A DNA stretch of 64,000 nucleotides from the NCBI GenBank assembly GCA_038328135.1, contig JBBQLR010000002.1, positions 12,936 through 76,935 of the forward strand. Direction: 5' to 3'. The first letter of the stretch is position 1. Each line of letters opens with the position of its first letter. This stretch comes from Patescibacteria group bacterium. Its GTDB lineage: Bacteria; Patescibacteriota; Microgenomatia; UBA1406; GWC2-37-13. The notes under the pieces were generated by a model that searched no databases, was not told the DNA's origin, and saw nothing but the letters and a program-made list of their open reading frames with translations. Positions 1-8,861 of the stretch are shown here, piece after piece. The position numbers were made by a program, and so were the translations under genes.

Positions 1-702
1 AAACATAAACTTGTCAACAATGAGGCGGTATTTCAGGATGATACACAGCGGTTAGCGGTAGATATCAATACATATAATTTTAGGTATGACTATGATTTTA
101 GGAAGGACAGTGAGCTTGTAGAAGCTGCAACTGTTCCGGATGTAGAAAGCTCAAAAAACACGGCGATTAACTTTTTGAAATCAATCGACAGATATCCAAA
201 TGAACTTGCGCTTGGAGATACCACTGTCATTAATATGTTTTATGATAAAACTGCATCTACCGCAGGGGTGGTCGCCAATTTACAGGAGTCCAACATGATT
301 GAGGTAGATTTTTATCGCCAAAAGATAGACCAATATCTTCCGATGTCGCCCACCTATTTCAATAGTCAAAACTATGTGATGCTTATGCCCAGCGGCTCAA
401 GCTTAAAAGTGGTGAGTGCTCAAGTACGTTTTTTTGAAACCTCGTCTACTCAAATTGGCGTATATCCACTCATTACAGGAAAGCGAGCTTATGAAATGCT
501 CCTTGCCGGTAAGGGCCTCCTCGTTTCTCCTGGTTCAGGAAAGAAAAACATTTCCATAAAAACGATGACGCTTGGCTATTTTGATCCAGACATCTATCAG
601 GATTATTATCAACCAGTCTATGTATTCACAGGAGACAATGACTTCGTCTCGTACGTGCCTGCAGTATCGGAGGAATGGTTGATAGATGAAAGTAAGCTTT
701 AA
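1..702 (+). CDS. hypothetical protein, C-terminal part (5' end lies outside the window)
   Basis: Frame 1 is open from base 1 to the TAA at 700-702. The track ORF 175..702 merely starts at an internal TTG. No catalytic motif recognised. Confidence 0.5.
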   Translation, partial: KHKLVNNEAVFQDDTQRLAVDINTYNFRYDYDFRKDSELVEAATVPDVESSKNTAINFLKSIDRYPNELALGDTTVINMFYDKTASTAGVVANLQESNMIEVDFYRQKIDQYLPMSPTYFNSQNYVMLMPSGSSLKVVSAQVRFFETSSTQIGVYPLITGKRAYEMLLAGKGLLVSPGSGKKNISIKTMTLGYFDPDIYQDYYQPVYVFTGDNDFVSYVPAVSEEWLIDESKL

Positions 703-703
703 T

Positions 704-1624
704 TTAAAGTGGCATAGGAACATGATTTACATAGAGGTCAATCCACTGGGTAAGTATTTTCGTATCCTCAAATCGATCCAAGCTTTTTAGAACGACTATT
801 ATATATTGATTCCCCCCTTTTTTGTAAAAGCTCACAAGATTTTGACCCGCAAGTTCAGTGTATCCAGTTTTAAGACCTCCAATTCCAACTACTTTTCCTA
901 ATAACTCATTCACATTACTTAACCGATGGAAATATTTATAGTCTGTGTCAGAAATCGTAATTTCCTTTGTGGAAACGAACTTTGCTAAATAAGAGTTTTT
1001 AAGAAGAGCTCTAGCCGCGAGAGCGAGGTCATATGAGGTGGTGAGCTGCTCATAATCATCAATACCTATTGGATTTTTAAAATGTGAGTTTTTCATCCCT
1101 AGTTCCTGTGCTTTCTGGTTCATTTTATTGATGAATTTATCATACCCGTAGGAATCGGCAAGTGTAAATGCTGCATCATTAGCTGAATAAACAAGTATGC
1201 CGTACAATAGATTTTCTATAGTTATTTTTTCTCCGGTAACGAGGCCCATAAGCTGCCAGTCTGGTTGATCTGCCTTAGTTATTTGTTTATTCACCATAAT
1301 GACATCGGTCGGTTTAAACTCATCCGCAACAACAAGTGCAGTGATGATTTTTGCGGTTGAAGCTGGGTATAGTTTTTCTTTGCTGTTTCGTTCAAAAATC
1401 GGAGTGAATGAAGATAGGTCGGCTATATAAACGGATTCTGCTGAAATAAGAGGGTAGGGAGCGTTTTTATCAACCTCTGGAATCGTATGCAATGCAAATT
1501 GGAGAGCTGGTTTCTCTTGCCATAGACTTTGATTAGAAAAAGCCTGGGTAAGCCAATAGTTTCCAGGATAAAACAACAACAAAAAAGTAAAGGTCAAAAA
1601 AACAACAATCCGTAACGATGTCAT
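704..1624 (-). CDS. D-alanyl-D-alanine carboxypeptidase (serine peptidase S11, PBP5-like)
   Basis: N-terminal TM/signal segment plus the three penicillin-binding motifs: SxxK (STAK), SxN (SAND) and KTG (KTGYT). Confidence 0.85.
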   Translation of the reverse strand: MTSLRIVVFLTFTFLLLFYPGNYWLTQAFSNQSLWQEKPALQFALHTIPEVDKNAPYPLISAESVYIADLSSFTPIFERNSKEKLYPASTAKIITALVVADEFKPTDVIMVNKQITKADQPDWQLMGLVTGEKITIENLLYGILVYSANDAAFTLADSYGYDKFINKMNQKAQELGMKNSHFKNPIGIDDYEQLTTSYDLALAARALLKNSYLAKFVSTKEITISDTDYKYFHRLSNVNELLGKVVGIGGLKTGYTELAGQNLVSFYKKGGNQYIIVVLKSLDRFEDTKILTQWIDLYVNHVPMPL

Positions 1625-3009
1625 TTCTTCATTGTATCAGGAATTATGGTCGCAATTCCTAATTCTTTTAGTTTTGCATGAGCAATTGGAGCAGGGGCGT
1701 TCATAACAGATGTCCTTCCTCCGCTTGTCATTGGGAATGCTATTACTTCTCGTAAATTTACCTCTCCACGGATGCAGGTTAACAATCGGTCAATTCCTGG
1801 CGCAATTCCGCCGTGAGGTGGGGCTCCCCATGCAAGCGCTTCAAGCATGTGGCCAAACTGAGATTGAATATCACTTTCGGAATATCCCATTATTTCAAAA
1901 ACTGTCTTGAGAACTTCTGGTTCATGTGCACGAATGCTTCCTCCACCTACCTCAAATCCATTACACACCAAATCATATTGTGTGGTAACAATACTTCCAA
2001 TATCTTTTTTTTCTAGGAGCTGTTTTTTATATTCAGGTAATGGAGCAGAGAACGGATTGTGTGTAAAAGTCCACCCACCCTCTTCTGTTTTTTCAAAAAA
2101 TGGAAAATCGACTACCCATGCAAATGCTTGAATCTTGTTTTTTTTATCTTCTTCAGTCCGTAAGTCAAATTTATCTGCTCCAAACTGTTTTTGCGCCTCT
2201 TGATAGGTATAACGAGGGAACGGTTTTTGTTTAATGGGAATATTTAGTTTTTCATACACCTCAATGACCATTTTTTCGGTGAGCGCCATCACGTCTTCCC
2301 GTTCCACAAAGCTCATTTCCAAATCAAGCTGTGTAAATTCCCCATAAGCGCGGTCTGCACGAGGATCTTCATCTCGGAAACAGCGTGCAATTTGGAAATA
2401 CCGCTCAAGTCCTCCCACCATTAAAAGTTGTTTGTACTGCTGAGGGGATTGGGGGAGGGCATAAAATTTACCTAATTGTAAGCGGGAAGGGATAATGAAA
2501 TCGCGAGCTCCCTCAGGTGTAGATTCCGATAGAATAGGGGTTTCAACTTCAATAAATCCGTTTTTGTAATAAAACTCGCGAATCTCACGTATAAACTGAG
2601 AGCGAAATGCGAGGTTCTCTGCTAACCGAGGTCTGCGCATATCGAGATAGCGATATTTGAGGCGTGCCTCTTCATCTATTTCATACCCGTCAGTCGTAAC
2701 CGGAATAGGCATGGCTTTTGCTTTATTGAGTATCACTATTTTTTTTACTTCAACTTCAATAGCTCCCGTTTTAATTTTTGTGTTAATTAGTTTTTCTGGG
2801 CGTTGTTTCACTAGTCCCGTTACTTCAACCACATCTTCCATGGAAAGCCCTTTACATTCTTCCCCTCCGATTGCTTGTACAATTCCACTTCTATCGCGAA
2901 GATCAAGAAACACGATTTTTTTATGATCTCGTACGGTATTTACCCATGCATAAAGTACAACTTCTTTTCCAACGAGTCCTGGAGTATCTGCAATGTATAT
3001 GGTTTTCAT
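1621..3009 (-). CDS. aspS: aspartate--tRNA ligase, bacterial type but lacking the GAD insertion domain
   Basis: Class II motifs FYALPQSPQQYKQLLM, RCFRDEDPRADR..EFTQLD and GGGSIR, and C-terminal GIAPGIDRL. Start placed at MKTIY (3009), which has TATAAT 9 nt upstream. An alternative upstream ATG at 3033 overlaps recJ. Confidence 0.9.
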   Translation of the reverse strand: MKTIYIADTPGLVGKEVVLYAWVNTVRDHKKIVFLDLRDRSGIVQAIGGEECKGLSMEDVVEVTGLVKQRPEKLINTKIKTGAIEVEVKKIVILNKAKAMPIPVTTDGYEIDEEARLKYRYLDMRRPRLAENLAFRSQFIREIREFYYKNGFIEVETPILSESTPEGARDFIIPSRLQLGKFYALPQSPQQYKQLLMVGGLERYFQIARCFRDEDPRADRAYGEFTQLDLEMSFVEREDVMALTEKMVIEVYEKLNIPIKQKPFPRYTYQEAQKQFGADKFDLRTEEDKKNKIQAFAWVVDFPFFEKTEEGGWTFTHNPFSAPLPEYKKQLLEKKDIGSIVTTQYDLVCNGFEVGGGSIRAHEPEVLKTVFEIMGYSESDIQSQFGHMLEALAWGAPPHGGIAPGIDRLLTCIRGEVNLREVIAFPMTSGGRTSVMNAPAPIAHAKLKELGIATIIPDTMKK

Positions 3010-3019
3010 AGTTTTTTTA

Positions 3020-4645
3020 TTATAACACCTCATCGACAGCTTTAACGAAGCACTTGAGCTGCTTTCTTCCCTGCCAGTATTGAGCTTCTACGGTATAGAT
3101 GATGGAAAGTGTTACTCCCTCTTTTATCATATCTTTCTGTACGTCTCGTGGTGAAAAAAACACACATTCTACTTCTTTGGTTTTTATTTCAAGGTCCTGG
3201 CCGATAAACTTAAGATGTTCTTGTTTTTTCCCCATTGTTTTAACAAAAATAATTTTTGTTTTGCTTTGAAATGTAGGAGTCGGATTACCGATTCCAAAAG
3301 GAGTTAATTGTTGCAACAAGTCTGCAAGACGTTCACTTACTGAGCTAAGTGGAATATCCAAATCAACACTTATCTCTTTTTCTTTTGGATTGGGAACTTC
3401 ATTCATACGTTCGTCTATGCCTTTTTCAAAGTTAGTAAGTTCTTCATCAGTGATTGAAAACCCAGCAGCTTGAGGATGTCCTCCAACGTGTTTGAGTATC
3501 GCAAGCGATCGAAGAAATGCAATGATATTAAATCCTTTTACGGAACGGGCAGAACCCTTCCATCCGCCCTCCGTTTTTGTCATAACAATCGAGGGTCTAC
3601 GATATCGATCGGTTATTTTAGATGAAATAAGCCCGATAATGCCCTCATTCCAATCCTTATTTTTTTGGAGAATTAATTTTGGTATCCCGGTTTTTTCAAT
3701 TTCAATGAATGCCGTCTCCACAGCAACATCAACCATTTTCTGTCGCGTCACATTATGTTTCTGCGCTTCCTGTGCAAGAAGTTTTGCCTTAAGTGCATCT
3801 TTTGTACAAAGCATACGGACAGCTTCGATGGCATGCGAAAGCCTTCCCACAGCATTAATGCGAGGAGCGAGCGCAAACCCAGCGTGATAGGTGGAGATCT
3901 CCATATTAGTAAGTCCTGATACGGCGAGCAGTTCTTTTATTCCTGGTTTTGTTACGTGGGAAAAAGCTGCTAGCCCATATTTTGCGATACTCCGAGAATA
4001 GCCAACAAGGGGTACCAAATCGGCAATTGTTCCCAGCGAAGCAAGCGCGAGGAAATCATAGGTAAACATGGTTTTTAACCTTTCATTCTTTGGGTCAAAT
4101 GACTGCCATATATCGAGAGCTGTTATATATGCTAACCCGGAACCAGATACAAGCGGGCAATGGATGATTGCTACAGCCGCCTCAGGAAGAATCTCTGGTT
4201 TTGCGTGATGATCCGTTACTATAACAGGAATCCCTTTATCACTCGCATACTGTATTTGATCTCTCGCACTTATCCCATGGTCAACGCTGATAATGAGTCC
4301 GGGATTATATTTTTCTAAAACAACATCTATCCCTTTGGTAGAAAATCCATACCCCTCACTCTGTCGATGAGGAACGTAAGGAAAAGCCGAAAAGCCGAGA
4401 GTATGGAGCGTTTCCCACAACAGAGATCCTCCGGTGATGCCATCAGCATCATAATCGGTATAGACTATTACGTTTTTATTTTTTTCTTTACATGTTTGGA
4501 GGTATGAAAGAAGGATAACAAGCTCTTTTGAAAATCCAAGATTTTTAAGAGAAAAAGTGAGTGGATGAGGAGGATGTAGGAATAATTCAATGTCGTCAAT
4601 TTTTCTTTTTGAAAGCAAAGTTTCAATGATTTTTTCTGGATGCAT
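3020..4645 (-). CDS. recJ: single-stranded-DNA-specific exonuclease RecJ
   Basis: DHH family motifs DYDADGITGG, SVDHG and VTDHH, plus DHHA1 GGHPQAAG. Length 541 aa. Confidence 0.9.
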   Translation of the reverse strand: MHPEKIIETLLSKRKIDDIELFLHPPHPLTFSLKNLGFSKELVILLSYLQTCKEKNKNVIVYTDYDADGITGGSLLWETLHTLGFSAFPYVPHRQSEGYGFSTKGIDVVLEKYNPGLIISVDHGISARDQIQYASDKGIPVIVTDHHAKPEILPEAAVAIIHCPLVSGSGLAYITALDIWQSFDPKNERLKTMFTYDFLALASLGTIADLVPLVGYSRSIAKYGLAAFSHVTKPGIKELLAVSGLTNMEISTYHAGFALAPRINAVGRLSHAIEAVRMLCTKDALKAKLLAQEAQKHNVTRQKMVDVAVETAFIEIEKTGIPKLILQKNKDWNEGIIGLISSKITDRYRRPSIVMTKTEGGWKGSARSVKGFNIIAFLRSLAILKHVGGHPQAAGFSITDEELTNFEKGIDERMNEVPNPKEKEISVDLDIPLSSVSERLADLLQQLTPFGIGNPTPTFQSKTKIIFVKTMGKKQEHLKFIGQDLEIKTKEVECVFFSPRDVQKDMIKEGVTLSIIYTVEAQYWQGRKQLKCFVKAVDEVL

Positions 4646-4663
4646 TGAACAATTGTATCACCT

Positions 4664-5626
4664 TTAGATGAGTCCGCCACCCTTGAAGATGTTTGGCTTT
4701 AGCCAATCTTGTGGGCTTTGTGCGCCTTCTTTTGACTGACTTTCCTGTGATTCGACCGATGTAATAGATTGCACCTGTTGTCGTTCGTTTCCAGACTGTT
4801 TCACAGAAAATACGGGAGTGGAAACTGGTCGCTGCGGTATTGGCTGAAATGATTGCTGATCGTTTGTTTGTTGTTTCATCGGTTGTGGATTTATTTTTTT
4901 AGCGGCACCCGATTTCAATAAAGAAGCAACAGTTTCAAATGTTTCGGCATTTACAGAATAGGATGTAAAGGTGTTTGTTGCGGCAGCAATACCTGCATAC
5001 AAATTAGTTGCCATATCTTTATCTATTTCGCAATCCAATTGTTTTAATACCTTATACACGAGTTCACTCGTCGAGGAGCTTGTCTTATTAATAAAATTGA
5101 CAGTACCATAAAATGCGTTGGTAAGATGTCTATCAATATTGATTATTTCCTTTCCTTGGAATTGGGTTTGGTTTTCTGTGTACAGCGTTCCAACAGTATT
5201 TAAATTAGGAGCGTCAACTGTAACAATAAAGTCAAATGACCCACCTGAATATGAATATTGCACCTGATTTGGATTGAGTTTTGGAAATCCTTGGCGAGGT
5301 GAGATCACAAGATTAAATTTGTCACCCTGAATGTGATAGTCGATTTTGTCTATCGCACCATCAGTATAGGGGAATGACACTACGAGATTTTCCCCGCCTA
5401 CGGAAAGTGAAGACTGCACTTTGTCAGCAGCAGCCATATCACTTTTTATAGGAGTGGAAGCTACGATTGTCACATTTTTACCCATTTTGAGGAGACCCAA
5501 ATATAAGGCAGTTGCAGCTGCAATAGCATCTTGAGATGGATTAGTAGGCAGGACAACAATGCCATTGAGGCCTTTTGTTATTATGTCAGAAACACGGGGT
5601 AGTGTTGGATTGGTATTTGGAAACAT
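4664..5626 (-). CDS. DHH-domain (NrnA-like) protein with degenerate catalytic motifs and a Q/S/P-rich C-terminal tail
   Basis: Collinear with the NrnA DHH domain, but motif I reads PTNPSQDAIAAA, DHH reads DRH and GDTGRF reads AATNTF. No DHHA1 GGGH domain; the last ~80 aa are low complexity. Confidence 0.6.
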   Translation of the reverse strand: MFPNTNPTLPRVSDIITKGLNGIVVLPTNPSQDAIAAATALYLGLLKMGKNVTIVASTPIKSDMAAADKVQSSLSVGGENLVVSFPYTDGAIDKIDYHIQGDKFNLVISPRQGFPKLNPNQVQYSYSGGSFDFIVTVDAPNLNTVGTLYTENQTQFQGKEIINIDRHLTNAFYGTVNFINKTSSSTSELVYKVLKQLDCEIDKDMATNLYAGIAAATNTFTSYSVNAETFETVASLLKSGAAKKINPQPMKQQTNDQQSFQPIPQRPVSTPVFSVKQSGNERQQVQSITSVESQESQSKEGAQSPQDWLKPNIFKGGGLI

Positions 5627-5627
5627 A

Positions 5628-7085
5628 TTATAGGATACATTTTACCACATCACCTACACGGATGTCAAGTGCAGGAGAGAGGATGAGGCCGCACTCTTGT
5701 TCCTTCTTTACCTCTTCTACCTTTTTAGCACGTATCTTAAGAGAGACTATCTTTGATTTTCCTATAATATTTTCTCCTCTATGAATTTCAAGCATATCTC
5801 CAAGCTCAAACTTACCCTTTGACAGCTTGCAACCGAAGACTTTTTCTCCCTCAATCATGAATGTAGCCAGGATTTTCGCCTCACCTTTGAGATTCTTTTC
5901 GGATTGTTCCTTTTCCTGAAGTAATAAAGCGACTTCTTCAAGCTCTTCAAGAAGCTCATAAATGATAGTATATGACTTGATGATGACTTTTTCTTGCTTG
6001 GCCACATCCTTCGTTTCAGGATCAATCCTTGTATTGAAGCCTATCACGATAGCCTTGCTAGCCTTGGCTAAAAAGACATCAGACTTATGTATATCGCCTA
6101 CACCACTCAGGATAATCTCAATATTGGGATTTTCCGATAAAATAGCCTCAAGTGCTTCAAGTGAGCCTTGAGAATCCGTTTTTACGACGATTGCTAATTT
6201 TTTTTGTTCCTTTGGAGGTGTAGCAAAGAAGTCTTGTGCGGTAAAAGCCTTCTGAGCAACTGGTTTTTGTGGCTCTTCAACAGGTTTTTCCTCTTCCTTT
6301 TTTGAAGTCATTTTTGAGCCTACAAGCGGAGCCGTCTCAAATCCGAGAAGTTCACAAGCTTGAGAAGCGGTAGCTTCTTTAAGGGGGTTGTTTGCGTCAT
6401 CGGTAATGGAGCGTACTTTAGCCTTGATTTCTCCTGCATACACCACGTCTCCGAGGTGGATTGTTCCATTTTTGACGATGATGCTAACAGCCGTGCCACG
6501 TCTATCTTTTTTGGTTTCTATTACGTATGCTTCAAGCTCGGCTTTTGGATCATAAGTGAGGCCTTTGTCTGTTGCGAGGAATAGGATTGTTTCCAGAAGC
6601 TCGGGAACTCCCTTGCCTGTTTTAGCACTGATTGGAGCTACTGGGATTTCTCCCCCTTTGCCTTCGACCATGATTCCGTGGCGAAGTAAATCATTCTTCA
6701 CTTTTTCAGGTTTAGCCTCGGGAAGATCCATTTTATTCAACACCACGATACAAGGCGCTCCGGCATGTTTTATGTGCGAAATTGATTCGATTGTTTGAGG
6801 CATGAGGGAATCTTTTGCGTCTATGATAAGAAGGACTATATCCGCGACATTCGCTCCGCGAGCTCGAAGCTGTGAAAATGCTTCGTGGCCTGGAGTATCA
6901 ATGAATGTAATTTCGTTTATCGGATATCCTTTAATATCTGTTTTAGCCGTGTATCCTCCAATTTTTTGCGTAATACCACCCTGTTCTTTAGCGGCAATTC
7001 TGGAGCTTCGGATATAATCAAGAAGCGTCGTTTTACCATGATCTACATGGCCAAGAATCGCAACAACAGGAGAACGTGGTTTCAT
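5628..7085 (-). CDS. infB: translation initiation factor IF-2 (short form that starts at the G domain)
   Basis: [20 protein letters not shown] and NKMD GTPase motifs; IF-2 C-terminal domains; follows nusA. Confidence 0.92.
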   Translation of the reverse strand: MKPRSPVVAILGHVDHGKTTLLDYIRSSRIAAKEQGGITQKIGGYTAKTDIKGYPINEITFIDTPGHEAFSQLRARGANVADIVLLIIDAKDSLMPQTIESISHIKHAGAPCIVVLNKMDLPEAKPEKVKNDLLRHGIMVEGKGGEIPVAPISAKTGKGVPELLETILFLATDKGLTYDPKAELEAYVIETKKDRRGTAVSIIVKNGTIHLGDVVYAGEIKAKVRSITDDANNPLKEATASQACELLGFETAPLVGSKMTSKKEEEKPVEEPQKPVAQKAFTAQDFFATPPKEQKKLAIVVKTDSQGSLEALEAILSENPNIEIILSGVGDIHKSDVFLAKASKAIVIGFNTRIDPETKDVAKQEKVIIKSYTIIYELLEELEEVALLLQEKEQSEKNLKGEAKILATFMIEGEKVFGCKLSKGKFELGDMLEIHRGENIIGKSKIVSLKIRAKKVEEVKKEQECGLILSPALDIRVGDVVKCIL

Positions 7086-7112
7086 AATAATATAAATAGG
7101 AACTCGTTAATA

Positions 7113-8120
7113 CTACCCAGCTTTTTCTTTTTTTTCTGATTTATCGTCTTTGACTGGTTCGGAGGTATTGGGGATTTGGATTATATCGATAGTATAACCC
7201 GCAAGACGTGAAGCGAGATTAACGTTTATGCCACCTTTACCTATAGCGAGAGGGGCTTGAGACTCTTCAACTGTGACTTTAGCATGCTTTGCTTTTTCGT
7301 CTAGCTCAATTGAGGATACTTTAGCGGGAGAGAGCGCTGACATGATGAACAGTTTGCTGTCGCTGTTCCAGAGAATGATATCTATTTTTTCAGTTCCACC
7401 ACATTCGTCTGTCACTGTTTGCACTCTCACACCCCGTTGTCCAACGCAAGCTCCAACAGGATCGACTGCGCCATGACCTATCGCGACTGCTATTTTTGCT
7501 CGTTCTCCGGGTTCACGGACTATTTTCTTTATAAGAACGGATCCGTTTGCGATTTCAGGAACTTCTCGTTTAAATAGTTCCTCGATAAGCCGTACATCAC
7601 TTCTTGAAACAACAATCCGAGGATTGCCATATTTGTCATTTCCAATTTCCTTGATATAGAGGGTATAGCTCATGTTAACTGAATACTCTTCTTTTTTGAT
7701 TTGATCCTCTTTTGGTAGAATAGCCTCTGCTTTTCCGATATCAAAATATGCGTTATAGCCGTCGAATCGAATTACTCTACCCTTGATACAATTTCCTAGA
7801 TGAGATTGAAAATGTTGAACGACGGTTCTTTTTTCTACTTCTCGTATTTTTTGGAGAATAACTTGTTTTGCGGTTTGAGCAGCAATACGACCAAAACCGG
7901 GAGGTGTAATATCTTTATCATCTTCAAATAAGTGAGCTTCACCCGATTGGCGATTAATCTTGGCTGAGATATTTTCGTTTTCAACAACTTCTGGATATTC
8001 TTTTTTATAAGCAGCAACTAAAGCTTGTTCAATAGAAGAGAGAACATCCTCTGCAGGAATATTTCGTTCTGCAGCTACCTGATTGAGCGCAAGCAAAAAT
8101 TCTGATTTTACTACTGTCAT
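7113..8120 (-). CDS. nusA: transcription termination/antitermination factor NusA
   Basis: N-terminal NusA domain, S1 domain and two KH domains (GACVGQRGVRV, AIGKGGINV); conserved nusA-infB order. Confidence 0.92.
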   Translation of the reverse strand: MTVVKSEFLLALNQVAAERNIPAEDVLSSIEQALVAAYKKEYPEVVENENISAKINRQSGEAHLFEDDKDITPPGFGRIAAQTAKQVILQKIREVEKRTVVQHFQSHLGNCIKGRVIRFDGYNAYFDIGKAEAILPKEDQIKKEEYSVNMSYTLYIKEIGNDKYGNPRIVVSRSDVRLIEELFKREVPEIANGSVLIKKIVREPGERAKIAVAIGHGAVDPVGACVGQRGVRVQTVTDECGGTEKIDIILWNSDSKLFIMSALSPAKVSSIELDEKAKHAKVTVEESQAPLAIGKGGINVNLASRLAGYTIDIIQIPNTSEPVKDDKSEKKEKAG

Positions 8121-8144
8121 AGTTGTTGTAAAGAAAATGATTCA

Positions 8145-8861
8145 TTATTCCTTTTTAGCTTCTTTTTTAGACTCTTTCTTTTCTTCTACTGGTGCTACTT
8201 TCGCTCCCACTTCTCCTTCAACTGCGTCTGGTTTTGCAGTAAGGACTTCAGGAATTGCGGCTGCAGCTGTTTCGGCAATAACACTTTCTTCTTTATGAGC
8301 TGCAACGGATACGAGCACTTTTTCTGGCTCTGTCTTTATAAGATAGCTAGGATTGAGGAGAATATCTGACACTTTGATTTCAGCACCAATATCTTTCAAG
8401 ATGCTCAAATCGATTTCGATATGATTTGGAATATCTTGTGGCAATGCTTCAACAGTGACTTTATCTGTTTGAGTGAGCACAACTCCACCTGCATTTGCGG
8501 CTGGTGCGATTCCCACAAATGTAAGAGGTACTTCGGCTTGTATTTTGATTGTAAGGTCCACTTTTCTGAAGTCGACATGAAGCACTAAGCCTTCAAGAGG
8601 ATCTCTTTGAAGGGATGTGATAAGAGTTGGAATTTCGTCTTTTTCAGTTTTAATATAAACGACTCCTGTTTCTCCGACAGTTCTGAATGTTCGTTTGAAT
8701 TCAATATAGTTTATGGATATAGCCTGTGAAGGGAAATGAGATCCATAAATATTGGCGGGAAGAAGCCCCTCTTTGCGGAGATGCTTATTTTTTTTACCAA
8801 ACACTGTTCTTAATTTTGCATCGAGAACTGTTTTTTTCTTATCTGTCTGAGCTTTTTTCAT
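8145..8861 (-). CDS. rplY: 50S ribosomal protein L25 (Ctc form)
   Basis: LRKEGLLPANIYG N-terminus, two-domain Ctc length (238 aa) and acidic/lysine-rich tail. Confidence 0.85.
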   Translation of the reverse strand: MKKAQTDKKKTVLDAKLRTVFGKKNKHLRKEGLLPANIYGSHFPSQAISINYIEFKRTFRTVGETGVVYIKTEKDEIPTLITSLQRDPLEGLVLHVDFRKVDLTIKIQAEVPLTFVGIAPAANAGGVVLTQTDKVTVEALPQDIPNHIEIDLSILKDIGAEIKVSDILLNPSYLIKTEPEKVLVSVAAHKEESVIAETAAAAIPEVLTAKPDAVEGEVGAKVAPVEEKKESKKEAKKE

